From Reclinomonas americana ATCC 50394 (lineage: Eukaryota), in NCBI GenBank assembly GCA_048213135.1, contig PS015010.1:434001-498000 (forward strand): DNA of 64,000 bases, written 5' to 3'. The notes under the pieces are model-generated. The model was not told where the DNA came from, did not search any database, and was given only the letters and a program-made list of their open reading frames with translations. Both the position numbers and the translations under genes were made by a program. Below are positions 54,289 through 64,000 of this stretch, piece after piece; position 1 is the stretch's first letter, and every line of letters starts with the position of its first letter.

Positions 54289-55341
54289 GTGAGTCATTTA
54301 AAAGAAAGAAAGGAAAAGAATTGTTTAAACTGCGGCACGGAAGTACAGGGAAAGTATTGTCATTTTTGCGGACAGGAAAATATTGAACCCAAAGAATCTG
54401 TCTGGCACCTGGTCTCTCATTTTTTCCAGGATATTACTCACTTCGACGGCAAATTTTTCAGCACCGTTAAATACCTCGTCGCCAGGCCGGGTTTTTTATC
54501 CAAACAGTACATGCTGGGCAGGCGGGCCAGCTACCTGAATCCCATACGTATGTATGTGTTTACCTCGGCTTTCTTCTTCCTGCTGTTCTTTACTTTCTTC
54601 ACATCCGGTGAATCGGCCATTAAGGATAATATTACGGTCAATAATAAATCGCTGACGCAAATCGCTAAAATGGATTCGGCGCAGTTTGCCGACTTTACGA
54701 AGAACATTAATAAAGAAGACGATAAACCTGTTGTTGCCATGACGAGGGAAGAGTTCCGCCAGTACGTGGAGAACTCGGGGAGCGGATTCCAGGTCATCGG
54801 TATTAAATACAAAACCAAAGCGGAGTATGATTCGGCGCTGGCCGCGGGAAAGAAACACAACTGGATAGAGCGGGCCTTTATGTATAAGATCATTGAAATC
54901 AATACCAAGTACAAAGGCAACCGTACAGGTGCCATGATCGCCCTGCGGGAAAAACTGCTGCACAGTATTCCGCAGATGTTGTTCTGGTCGCTGCCCTTAC
55001 TGGCACTGCTGCTGAAGCTGCTTTACATAAGAAGAAAAGACTTTTATTATGTGAGCCACGGTATTTTCAGCCTGCACTTTTACATCTTTATCTTTCTTGA
55101 CCTGTTGCTGATCTTTTTGATTGGAGAGTTGCAGGACAAACTGCACTGGGGCTTTTTTACTTTTATAAAAGCGTTCCTGTACCTGGGTATGTTCTTCTAC
55201 CTCTACAAAGCCATGCGGAATTTTTACCAGCAGGGCAGGGCTAAAACGATCCTTAAGTACTTCCTGTTGTTCTGCCTGTTCATGATTGTGATCGGGATAT
55301 TACTGACCGTGTTCGTACTTTTTTCGGTGTATAAATTATAA
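54289..55341 (+). CDS. DUF3667 family membrane protein
   Basis: CLNCG...YCHFCGQ zinc ribbon, PGFLS..Y..GRR.SYLNP and C-terminal TMs. Confidence 0.88.
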   Translation: MSHLKERKEKNCLNCGTEVQGKYCHFCGQENIEPKESVWHLVSHFFQDITHFDGKFFSTVKYLVARPGFLSKQYMLGRRASYLNPIRMYVFTSAFFFLLFFTFFTSGESAIKDNITVNNKSLTQIAKMDSAQFADFTKNINKEDDKPVVAMTREEFRQYVENSGSGFQVIGIKYKTKAEYDSALAAGKKHNWIERAFMYKIIEINTKYKGNRTGAMIALREKLLHSIPQMLFWSLPLLALLLKLLYIRRKDFYYVSHGIFSLHFYIFIFLDLLLIFLIGELQDKLHWGFFTFIKAFLYLGMFFYLYKAMRNFYQQGRAKTILKYFLLFCLFMIVIGILLTVFVLFSVYKL

Positions 55342-56126
55342 TGAATTTTATGTCTTCTAACAACGCACAGGCATTTGAGCGGCTGACGACCATCATGGAC
55401 GAACTCCGTGAAAAATGTCCATGGGATAAAAAACAAACCATTCATACCCTGCGCCAGCTCACGATTGAGGAAACCTATGAACTGGCCGATGCCATTACCG
55501 ACAGTGACTGGAAAGGCATTAAAGAAGAACTGGGTGACCTGATGCTGCATATGGTATTTTATGCCAGGATTGGCACCGAACAGGGGCAGTTCTCCCTGGC
55601 CGACGCCATTAACGGGGTATGCGATAAACTGGTAGCCCGGCATCCGCATATTTATGGCGATGTACAGGTGAACGGTGAGGAAGACGTGAAAAAGAACTGG
55701 GAAAAACTCAAACTGAAAGAAGGCAAGACTTCGGTACTGGGCGGTGTACCCCGTGCCCTGCCTTCCATGGTAAAAGCCATGCGCCTGCAGGAAAAAGCCA
55801 AACAGGTAGGTTTTGAATGGGACAATAAAGAACAGGTGTGGGATAAGGTGGAAGAGGAGCAAAAAGAGCTGTTTGAGGCCATCAAAACCGGTGATCCCGA
55901 CAAAATTGAGGATGAATTGGGCGATGTTTTCTTCTCGCTGGTAAATTTTGCAAGGTTTTTGCAGGTAGATGCGGAAAATGCACTTGAACGGACCAATAAA
56001 AAGTTCATCAGCCGGTTTACCCGAATGGAAACGGCAGCGCAGGAAAGCGGCAGGCAACTGCACGATATGACCCTTGCCGAGATGGACGCACTCTGGAATT
56101 CGATCAAGAGCGGTAAAAACCTTTAA
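55341..56126 (+). CDS. mazG: Nucleoside triphosphate pyrophosphohydrolase MazG
   Basis: CPWDKKQT, IEETYE, EELGD, RHPHIY and a second DELGD domain. An alternative start exists at 55350. Confidence 0.95.
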   Translation: MNFMSSNNAQAFERLTTIMDELREKCPWDKKQTIHTLRQLTIEETYELADAITDSDWKGIKEELGDLMLHMVFYARIGTEQGQFSLADAINGVCDKLVARHPHIYGDVQVNGEEDVKKNWEKLKLKEGKTSVLGGVPRALPSMVKAMRLQEKAKQVGFEWDNKEQVWDKVEEEQKELFEAIKTGDPDKIEDELGDVFFSLVNFARFLQVDAENALERTNKKFISRFTRMETAAQESGRQLHDMTLAEMDALWNSIKSGKNL

Positions 56127-56134
56127 TTCAATCC

Positions 56135-59100
56135 TTGCAGCGCTCTACTACCTTCCGGCGTTTTTTATACAGGAACAGTTACCTGCTGGTGATTGCCGCA
56201 TGGCTGATTACCTTTTCCTTTATTGTCGATAATTACTGGTCGGGCAACTCTTCCATTGGCGCGGTAAAAAGGAACCTGCAAAAATATATCCATGCGCAGG
56301 AAAGGGATTTTGAGAAACTGGCAGCCGATACGGCACTGCTGCACTCCCTTGATGCCAACACATATGATGAGGCCGTACTCAATACCCTTACCGCAAAGCC
56401 CTATTTTTTTTACCGCTATTTTATTAATGATGTAGGACACCGGCAACTGGTATTCTGGAGTTCGGCAACGGCCATGCCCGACGACGCGTTGCTGCAAAAC
56501 CTCGACAGTACCGGGTTTACAAAACTGCTCAATGGCTATTATGTATGGCGCAAATTGGTGCAGGGCAATCACATCAGCATTGCGCTGATACCGGTAAAAT
56601 GGGATTATATCGTTACCAACGAATACCTGGAAAACGCGTTTGTGATCGGCGACGATATTGCAGCCTCTTATGATATTGCTAAAACACCAACTGGTACATC
56701 TGTCCGCTCGCTGAATGGCAAAGAACTTTTCCCGCTGCTGAAAAAGTCTGATACGGCTATTGTTAAAAACAACCTGGTAGCCGTATGGCTGCGGATCATA
56801 GCGGCGGTTTTCATATTACTTTTCGTACACCTGTGCGCCACCTATATCGCCATTCACCGGCAGGTGTGGAAAGGGGTGCTGTTCCTGCTGCTGGTGATCC
56901 TGCTGCTGCGGTTCATTACTTACGCTTTCCCGGTATTGTTCAACTTCAGGCAGTTTGAACTGTTCAACCCGGCTATTTACGGGTCCAATTTTATTCTCCG
57001 GTCACTGGGCGACCTGTTGATCAACTCCTTCCTTTTCACCTGGCTGGGATTGTTCATCCGGCACCAGGTAATGGAGAAAGGCATCACGCTGGATGTAAAA
57101 CACCCGGCTATGAAATGGGGGGCATTGGTCATATCAACGATGGTACTGTTATTGGCCGGTATGATCTGCGGGCAGATCGTACGCAGCCTGGTGGCGGATT
57201 CGCAGATATCATTCGATGTGATCGATTTCTTCAAACTGACCCGCTACAGTGTAATTGGTTTTGTGGTATTGTGTTGCATCGCCATCGGGTATTTTGTGAC
57301 TGCGCAGGTGCTCCTCTTCCTGGTAAAGCCATTGTTCCCGGGGCGCACCTGGCTGCTGTTCCTGGTGGTAGCGTTGTGCGGACTGGCCTGGTTATCGCTG
57401 CAAGGCGATTTCTACAATGTCAGGTTCAGCCTTTTTGTTTTGTTGTGGCAACTGCTTTTCCTGTTGCTGATGACCAATGAATCACTTGCCCTGCCGGCAG
57501 GTAAAATATCTTCGTCCAAACTCATTTTCTGGCTTTTCTTTTTTTCACTCAGTATTACCATCGTTATTGTTGAAGAGAATAAAAGCAAGGAACTCCGCAA
57601 CCGGCGGCATTACGCAGAAACACTGTCTACCAAGGTGGACCCTTCCAGCGAAACATTGATGAACACGCTGCTGACCGACTTCAGGAATGATTACCTGGCC
57701 ACCAACTTCGACCGTTTTAAAACCGATTCTTCTAACCGCCTGTTTAAAGACAGCCTGGTGAATGGTAATTTTTCAGGATATACCAACAAGTACGATACAA
57801 AAGTATATACGTATGACGCCGATGAACAACCCCTCTATAATTCCGCTGCCGTTACCTATAATGAACTGAACACATTGCTGAATACACAGGCTAAACCCAC
57901 CAGCATTACCGACCTGTATTACTATGATGAGTCTTATGACCGCTTCAGTTATATCAGCCGTAAAGTGGTAACCAATCCCGAAGGGCAACTGCTGGGTTAT
58001 GTATTCCTGCTGGCCAACCCCAAAAAATACAAGACCGACGCGCTGAACCTGGAGCTCTTCTCCCGCGGACATAACAATTCCATTGAGAATTCTTCGGAAT
58101 ACGCTTTCGCTATCTATAATAACCTGCAACTGGTCAGCAGTCACAACGACTATCCCTTTGCCACCAGCATCAGCAAGCAGCAAATGCCGAAGGAAGAGTT
58201 TGAAGCGCACCGTAAAAATAATTACGACGAATTATGGTATAAGGCCGGTCCCCAAAAACTGGTGATCATTGCCCGGCAGGATAATTTCCTGATCGAGTCC
58301 ATCACCCTGTTCTCTTACCTGTTCTGCGCCTTCCTGCTGGTAACAGCTTTATTCTGGATACTCAACATCTTCATCCGTTCCCGACTTAACCGACAGCCGC
58401 TGCGCAATTACTGGCAGCTCACCATCCGCAACCAGATACACGGTACCGTGATCTTTGTGAGTGTGCTGTCATTCCTCGTGATTGGTGTGGCCACCATCCT
58501 GTTCTTTATTTACAGGTACGAAAACAACAACAGGGAAAAACTCAGCCGTGTGATCAATGTCATGGGCAACGAGGTGCGTACTTCGCTTACCGAACTCGCC
58601 ATGTTTGATGATGTGGTGAAAGTATACGACGAAGCCTACCGGGCCAGGCTGGAAAAAGTGATCATACGCATATCTGAAATACACGATGCCGACGTAAACC
58701 TGTATGATGGCGAAGGCAACCTGAGGGTATCATCGCTGCCCTTGCCTTACAATAAAGGTATTGTGAGCGACAGGATGGACCCCGTTGCCTATTATCATCT
58801 CAACCGCCAGCGGGAAGTACAATATTTCAAAGATGAAAAGATCGGGAAACTCAGTTTCGTCAGCAACTATGTGCCCGTGATTGATGAAGCCGGCCGGGAG
58901 TATGCTTACCTTAATATTCCCTACTTTACATCGCAGGGTAAACTGCGGCAGGAGATATCCAACTTCCTCGTGACCATCATCAACCTGAACGCATTTATTT
59001 TCCTGATCGCCGGTATTGTGGCCCTGTTCATCACCAACCGCATCACCCGTTCCTTCTCTTTCATCAGCAATAAAATGAAAGCGGTTAACCTGGGTAAACG

Positions 59101-59878
59101 CAATGAAGTGATCGACTGGAAGCGGGACGACGAGATCGGTGAACTGATCAAGGAGTACAATAAAATGGTAGGCAAACTGGATGAGAGTGCCGCTGCCCTG
59201 GCCAAAAGCGAAAGGGAAGGGGCCTGGCGTGAAATGGCCAGGCAGGTGGCCCACGAGATCAAGAACCCGCTTACACCCATGAAACTGAGTTTGCAGTACC
59301 TGCAGAAATCCATCAGCAGCAATTCAGCGAATGTGCAGGAACTGACGGCGCATGTGGCGCAAACCCTGGTGGAGCAGATCGATCACCTGAACCGTATCGC
59401 CGGTGAGTTCGGACAATTCGCGAATATCGGCAATCCTAAAAATGAACTGTTCGACCTGCACGACAGCATTAAAGCGCTGGTATTGCTCCATGGCGCCGAT
59501 GAACAGTTGCAACTGGAATGGAAACCAATAGGTATGCCTGCCATGGTCAATGCCGATCGTACACACATCAACCGTTTATTTACCAACCTGATACAGAACG
59601 CCATACAGGCAGTGCCCGGCGATCGTAAGCCACATATTGCCATTGAAGAAGAGATACAAGGGAAAAAACTCCTGGTACGGATAAAAGATAACGGTGTTGG
59701 TATTTCAGAAGAACAGCGCTCCCGCATATTCACCCCCAATTTTACTACCAAAACCTCAGGCACCGGCCTGGGCCTGGCTATGAGCAAAGGCATTGTGGAA
59801 CAGGCGAAAGGGCAGATATGGTTTGAGACCAAACCCGGTGAAGGCTCTACCTTTTTTGTGGAACTGCCGCTGGCGTGA
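56135..59878 (+). CDS. Very large multi-TM HAMP sensor histidine kinase (NtrY-like output)
   Basis: More than ten TM segments; DEIGEL HAMP, AWREMARQVAHEIKNPLTP, DNGVG and GTGLGL. Confidence 0.9.
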   Translation: MQRSTTFRRFLYRNSYLLVIAAWLITFSFIVDNYWSGNSSIGAVKRNLQKYIHAQERDFEKLAADTALLHSLDANTYDEAVLNTLTAKPYFFYRYFINDVGHRQLVFWSSATAMPDDALLQNLDSTGFTKLLNGYYVWRKLVQGNHISIALIPVKWDYIVTNEYLENAFVIGDDIAASYDIAKTPTGTSVRSLNGKELFPLLKKSDTAIVKNNLVAVWLRIIAAVFILLFVHLCATYIAIHRQVWKGVLFLLLVILLLRFITYAFPVLFNFRQFELFNPAIYGSNFILRSLGDLLINSFLFTWLGLFIRHQVMEKGITLDVKHPAMKWGALVISTMVLLLAGMICGQIVRSLVADSQISFDVIDFFKLTRYSVIGFVVLCCIAIGYFVTAQVLLFLVKPLFPGRTWLLFLVVALCGLAWLSLQGDFYNVRFSLFVLLWQLLFLLLMTNESLALPAGKISSSKLIFWLFFFSLSITIVIVEENKSKELRNRRHYAETLSTKVDPSSETLMNTLLTDFRNDYLATNFDRFKTDSSNRLFKDSLVNGNFSGYTNKYDTKVYTYDADEQPLYNSAAVTYNELNTLLNTQAKPTSITDLYYYDESYDRFSYISRKVVTNPEGQLLGYVFLLANPKKYKTDALNLELFSRGHNNSIENSSEYAFAIYNNLQLVSSHNDYPFATSISKQQMPKEEFEAHRKNNYDELWYKAGPQKLVIIARQDNFLIESITLFSYLFCAFLLVTALFWILNIFIRSRLNRQPLRNYWQLTIRNQIHGTVIFVSVLSFLVIGVATILFFIYRYENNNREKLSRVINVMGNEVRTSLTELAMFDDVVKVYDEAYRARLEKVIIRISEIHDADVNLYDGEGNLRVSSLPLPYNKGIVSDRMDPVAYYHLNRQREVQYFKDEKIGKLSFVSNYVPVIDEAGREYAYLNIPYFTSQGKLRQEISNFLVTIINLNAFIFLIAGIVALFITNRITRSFSFISNKMKAVNLGKRNEVIDWKRDDEIGELIKEYNKMVGKLDESAAALAKSEREGAWREMARQVAHEIKNPLTPMKLSLQYLQKSISSNSANVQELTAHVAQTLVEQIDHLNRIAGEFGQFANIGNPKNELFDLHDSIKALVLLHGADEQLQLEWKPIGMPAMVNADRTHINRLFTNLIQNAIQAVPGDRKPHIAIEEEIQGKKLLVRIKDNGVGISEEQRSRIFTPNFTTKTSGTGLGLAMSKGIVEQAKGQIWFETKPGEGSTFFVELPLA

Positions 59879-59883
59879 TGATG

Positions 59884-59926
59884 GCCGGATACGGGATATG
59901 AGATGCCGGATGCCAGATTACCGGAT
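59884..59926. repeat. Degenerate 7-bp tandem array (GCCGGAT type)
   Basis: GCCGGAT/ACGGGAT/ATGAGAT/GCCGGAT/GCCAGAT/(T)ACCGGAT, right after the kinase stop. Confidence 0.65.
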
Positions 59927-59980
59927 AAAGTGCCCTGTACGCCTGCCTGATAACCCATTGCAGGTATGTCCATTCTTTAT

Positions 59981-59988
59981 TATATTTG
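59981..59988 (+). promoter_or_regulatory. Bacteroidota sigma-A -7 box (TATATTTG)
   Basis: TAnnTTTG 28 nt upstream of ATG 60017; supports that start. Confidence 0.55.
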
Positions 59989-60016
59989 GAAGCTTAACCA
60001 ATTTAAACCTTCGCTT

Positions 60017-63000
60017 ATGACCTTCAACTTTACCCGTTCATTATTTATGGTGCTGGTCTTGTTGCCTTCGCTGCTTATGGCACAGGACCGGAAAGATTAC
60101 CAGGTGTTGCTCAACTCCGGTAAATTTCTTCCCGCGGAAAACGCGGCCCAGTTCTCTTCCCACCGTTCCGCTGCTTACCAGGCAGGCGCATTTCAACGGT
60201 CGGGGTATGTTATTATCCAGTTCAAAACGCTGCCCGCAGATGCCGATAAAGGCATACTGGAGGCAGCCGGTATCCGCCTGGTGGATTATATTCCCAACAT
60301 GTGTTACACAGCCGTGGTGAAGGAAAACTTCCAGGCTCCGGTACTGCAGTCCAAAAATGCAAGAAGTGTTTTTGTATTGTCTGCCGAACAAAAGACCGTA
60401 CCTGCATTACTGGCGGGTAACTTTCCCGCTTATGCCGTACGTCAGCCCGGTTATGTTGACGTAACACTGATCACTTACGAAAAGCTGCCGGCATCTGCCA
60501 TTGCTGCTTCACTGTCTGCAATGAAAGCAGTTATCCTGGAAGATATGCCGCAGTTCAGGAGCTTTACCATCCGCATACCACAGGCCGGTGCCGCACAACT
60601 GGTGAAACAGCCTTATGCGCAGTGGGTTGAATTTATCGACCCGCCCAACCAGGCGGAAAACCTGCTGGGCCGTTCATTGCATCGTGTGAATGTACTGAAC
60701 GACGGCGTGCGTAACCTGAAAGGAGACGGCATCAATGTAGGTATATGGGATGAGAATGAAGTCAGCCGTCACCTTGATTTTTCGCCAACACCCCGGCTCA
60801 ACATCATGGAAGCTACCGGTGTTACATCCAGTCACTCCACGCACTGTGCGGGTACCATCGGCGGAAGGGGCATCATCAACCCCAAAGCAAGGGGTATGGC
60901 ACCGAATGCGACTATCTACTCTTATAATTTTAACGGCAATATCCAGACAGAAATGTCTACCGCCATTCCCAGCCTTGGTCTTTCTGTGAGCAGCCACTCT
61001 TATGGCAGTACACAAACCTGCGGACTCAATGGCGCAGGTGTTACTTATTCTGCCACCAGCCGGGCCACGGACCTTAACCTCAACAATTTTCCGGGCCACC
61101 TGCATGTGCATTCCGCAGGTAACTCGCAAACAGCCTGCACAGGCGGCTGGTCAACCATTACCGCCAGTGGCAAATCCGCCAAGAACAATATACTTGTAGC
61201 CAACATCACAACAGCAGAAGCTTTATCTGGCAGCAGCAGTTGCGGCCCCGTACAGGACGGCAGGGTAAAACCTGAGATCAGTTCTTTCGGAACGAATGTA
61301 TTGTCTACTTACACACCGCTGAACACCTACGGTACCATTTCCGGTACTTCCATGGCAACACCCGGTGTAGCCGGTACCGTATCGCTGCTCGTTCAGCGTT
61401 ACAAACAACTCAACGGCAATGTGGCACCACTTTCAACATTGATCAAAAACACCGTTTGTAATACCGCTGCCGACCTGGGCAATCCGGGTCCGGATTACCG
61501 TTTCGGTTATGGCAGGCTCAATGCATTGGAAGCCGTGCGGATACTGGAAGACAACCGGTATACCATCGGCACTATTTCTACCGGTGGTACCAATGATATG
61601 ACCATCAACATCCCCGCCGGTTGTGTACGCCTGCGGGTAATGCTCACCTGGAACGATCCTGCCGGAACGGCCAATGCCAACCCCGCGCTGGTGAATAACC
61701 TGAACCTGACCGTGATCAACGGCGCCACTACCAACCTGCCCTGGATCCTCGATCCCAACAACCCCGGCAACAATGCCACCAAAGCGGTGGATAATGTGAG
61801 CAATATTGAACAGGTAACCATTGACAATCCATCAGCCACCAGCTTTACCGTAAGGGTAGAAGGAGCTGCGGTGCCAAGCGGTCCGCAGGAATATGCGCTG
61901 ACCTGGTTTGCGGAGAAACCCTATATTGAAGTGACCTATCCCAATGGCAGCGAATCATTCGATCCCGGTGTTGCGGAAACCATCACCTGGAACAATGCCG
62001 GTGTAACCGGTAACCAGACCGTTGAATATTCGCTGGACAATGGCAGCAACTGGACAACCATTTCCACTACTGTTCCCGCCAATACCACCCGTTTGTCGTG
62101 GACACCACCGGCCGCGAATACCTCTACCGCATTGATCCGTGTTTCCAGCGGTTCACTTACCGATGCCAGTGATGCTAATTTCAGAATACTTGGTGTACCC
62201 ACTAACCTCAATACGACGACAACATGTGCCGTTGGTGCAGTTGCCTTTACCTGGACTGCCGTAAGCGGCGCCACGCATTATGACCTCTTCAAACTGAATG
62301 AAGCCACAGGCTTCTGGGAAACACTGGCAACTGACGTAACCGGCACTGCCTATACCGCAACCGGGCTTACTCCCGGTGCCAGCATGTGGTTCACTATTGC
62401 TTCCAAAAGCAGCGCCAGCGGTGCGGTAAGTGAAAAAGCGCTTGCCATAAACAGGGTAGTGTCTACCACCGGCCTGCCTGCATTGGGTAATATATCAGGA
62501 CAGAACAGCATTTGCGGAGCTGCCACAGCAGTGCCTTATTCCGTTGCTGCCGTAGCAGGAGCTACTACATATACCTGGACAGTTCCCGCAGGCGCTACCA
62601 TTGCCGGCGGACAAGGCACCACCAACATTACCGTTAACTATACAGCGGGCAGCACCGGCGACATTACTGTAGTAGCCAGTGCAGGATCCTGCCAGTCGAA
62701 TACTTCTGTACTCACCATTTCATCGGGCAGTGGTTCTATTGCTTCTCCCAACAGCGGGGGCAACCAGTCGCAGATCGCCTGTGCACCCAATCCAACGCCT
62801 ACCTTAACTGCAACAGCTACCGTTCCCGCAGGACATACCGTAGTTTGGTACGATGCACCAGCCGCGGGTAACGTAGTGGCCAGTCCTGTATTGAATGCGG
62901 TAGGTACCGTTACTTATTATGCAGCGAGCCGCAATACCAGCAGTGGTTGCGAAAGTGCTGCACGCACAGCGGTAACGCTTACCATCAGTAACCCTGCGCC

Positions 63001-63931
63001 AGCTACCATTGCTGCCAATGGCCCGGTTAGTTTCTGCCAGGGTGGTTCGGTTCAACTGACCGCATCGGCAGGCAGCAGTTATTTGTGGAGTACGGGTGCT
63101 ACCACGCAATCGATCACTGCAAGCGCAGCGGGTTCTTATACAGTGGCTGTAACGCAAAGCGGTTGTACGGTTACTTCACCGGCTACCACAGTAACCGTGT
63201 TTAGTCTGCCAACAGCCAGCATCTCTGCCAATGGCCCGGTTAGTTTCTGCCAGGGCGGTTCTGTTCAACTGACCGCATCTGCGGGAACAGCTTATTTATG
63301 GAGCACCGGCGCTACTACGCAATCAATCAATGTAAGTACAAGCGGCAACTACACCGTAAGGGTAACCAATGCCAACAACTGTAACAATACGTCAACAGCA
63401 ACAGTAGTAACTGTATCGCCACAACCGGCAGTCAGCATCAGCGCTTCGCCTTACACCAGGTTATACCCGGGACTGGCCACCACGCTTACCGCTACAGTTA
63501 CACCCGCAGGTACTTATACTTACAACTGGCTCAAAGGTGGCACCCCAACAGGCGTTACTACCTCCAGCATGCAGGTGAACAGTAATCAGCTGGGATCATA
63601 CAGTGTAGTGGTGACCAACAGCGGTGGTTGCAGCAATACTTCCGCGTTGCTGCCGATTGGTGATTCGGCTACCGCCAAACTCTTCATCTTCCCCAGTCCG
63701 AACAGGGGTAATTTTGAAGTGACCTATTACAGCAGCACCAGCAACGAAACCCGTTACCTGGTGATCTACGATTCCAAAGGAGCGAAAGTATATACCAAAG
63801 CGTTCAGCGCTAACGGGGCTTATTACCGTGAACCGGTGGATATGCGCCGCAATGGTAAAGGTGTGTACCGTGTAGTATTGTTTGACAAAAATGCGAAAAC
63901 CATTGCTACGGGAAGTGTAGTGATAGAATAA
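60017..63931 (+). CDS. Secreted S8 subtilisin-like serine protease with Ig/PKD/Fn3-like domains and T9SS C-terminal sorting domain
   Basis: Signal peptide (LMA-Q); triad VGIWD, HSTHCAG and GTSMATP; Thr/Ser-rich beta modules; C-terminal IFPSP...GVYRV domain. Confidence 0.92.
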   Translation: MTFNFTRSLFMVLVLLPSLLMAQDRKDYQVLLNSGKFLPAENAAQFSSHRSAAYQAGAFQRSGYVIIQFKTLPADADKGILEAAGIRLVDYIPNMCYTAVVKENFQAPVLQSKNARSVFVLSAEQKTVPALLAGNFPAYAVRQPGYVDVTLITYEKLPASAIAASLSAMKAVILEDMPQFRSFTIRIPQAGAAQLVKQPYAQWVEFIDPPNQAENLLGRSLHRVNVLNDGVRNLKGDGINVGIWDENEVSRHLDFSPTPRLNIMEATGVTSSHSTHCAGTIGGRGIINPKARGMAPNATIYSYNFNGNIQTEMSTAIPSLGLSVSSHSYGSTQTCGLNGAGVTYSATSRATDLNLNNFPGHLHVHSAGNSQTACTGGWSTITASGKSAKNNILVANITTAEALSGSSSCGPVQDGRVKPEISSFGTNVLSTYTPLNTYGTISGTSMATPGVAGTVSLLVQRYKQLNGNVAPLSTLIKNTVCNTAADLGNPGPDYRFGYGRLNALEAVRILEDNRYTIGTISTGGTNDMTINIPAGCVRLRVMLTWNDPAGTANANPALVNNLNLTVINGATTNLPWILDPNNPGNNATKAVDNVSNIEQVTIDNPSATSFTVRVEGAAVPSGPQEYALTWFAEKPYIEVTYPNGSESFDPGVAETITWNNAGVTGNQTVEYSLDNGSNWTTISTTVPANTTRLSWTPPAANTSTALIRVSSGSLTDASDANFRILGVPTNLNTTTTCAVGAVAFTWTAVSGATHYDLFKLNEATGFWETLATDVTGTAYTATGLTPGASMWFTIASKSSASGAVSEKALAINRVVSTTGLPALGNISGQNSICGAATAVPYSVAAVAGATTYTWTVPAGATIAGGQGTTNITVNYTAGSTGDITVVASAGSCQSNTSVLTISSGSGSIASPNSGGNQSQIACAPNPTPTLTATATVPAGHTVVWYDAPAAGNVVASPVLNAVGTVTYYAASRNTSSGCESAARTAVTLTISNPAPATIAANGPVSFCQGGSVQLTASAGSSYLWSTGATTQSITASAAGSYTVAVTQSGCTVTSPATTVTVFSLPTASISANGPVSFCQGGSVQLTASAGTAYLWSTGATTQSINVSTSGNYTVRVTNANNCNNTSTATVVTVSPQPAVSISASPYTRLYPGLATTLTATVTPAGTYTYNWLKGGTPTGVTTSSMQVNSNQLGSYSVVVTNSGGCSNTSALLPIGDSATAKLFIFPSPNRGNFEVTYYSSTSNETRYLVIYDSKGAKVYTKAFSANGAYYREPVDMRRNGKGVYRVVLFDKNAKTIATGSVVIE
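63012..63330 (+). repeat. Intragenic tandem duplication with a 213-bp (71-aa) period
   Basis: ANGPVSFCQGGSVQLTASAG..YLWSTGATTQSI occurs twice; 63012-63042 is identical to 63225-63255. Confidence 0.85.
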
Positions 63932-63947
63932 TAAGACGATCCTTTTT

Positions 63948-63987
63948 TATAAAAGAAGCCCGGTTGATCAGCCGGGCTTCTTTTATA
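63948..63987. terminator. Strong bidirectional intrinsic terminator
   Basis: TATAAAAGAAGCCCGG-N8-CCGGGCTTCTTTTATA. Confidence 0.88.
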
Positions 63988-64000
63988 ATTTAGCATTTAT

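Noticed and set aside
55341..56126. mazG as part of a toxin-antitoxin or anti-phage system
   Set aside because: It is the tandem-domain housekeeping MazG, with no mazEF or defence genes adjacent.

Overview
A 64 kb chromosomal window from a Bacteroidota bacterium, most likely Chitinophagaceae-like. This is inferred from TAnnTTTG promoter boxes, signal peptides ending before Gln, a PorW/SprE-like gene and a T9SS-cargo subtilase. Most of the window is core genome: the aroB(3' end)-aroA-aroC operon, an aldehyde dehydrogenase/DUF779/AraC unit, a cell-envelope cluster (D-Ala-D-Ala dipeptidase, L,D-transpeptidase, RlpA, OmpA, class A PBP, PorW/SprE-like TPR protein, bactofilin), an ECF sigma/anti-sigma/fasciclin module, yceD-rpmF-plsX, dcd, mazG, three tRNAs (Leu-GAG, Leu-TAA, Gly-GCC), four histidine kinases and an S8 protease. 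The most interesting part is an AT-richer block of about 9.4 kb (about 42.2-51.6 kb) abutting the 3' end of tRNA-Leu(TAA). It encodes a secreted TPR protein, a universal stress protein, an OmpR-type two-component pair, an NhaD antiporter, a ClC antiporter and an uncharacterised GT-A-fold (DxD) protein. The same ATTAAAA-N4-ATTAAAA direct repeat lies in both of its divergent promoter regions, suggesting a self-contained ion/pH-stress regulon with an unknown sugar-nucleotide enzyme. Other observations: an M23-like bactofilin partner lacking its catalytic domain, a family of intergenic 7/8-bp tandem arrays (one forming a perfect 25-bp inverted repeat), two candidate sigma-54 promoters, and an N-gap at 16.4 kb that looks like an assembly artefact. 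No integrase, transposase, CRISPR array or rRNA was seen. All product calls come from reading motifs by eye, with no database searches.
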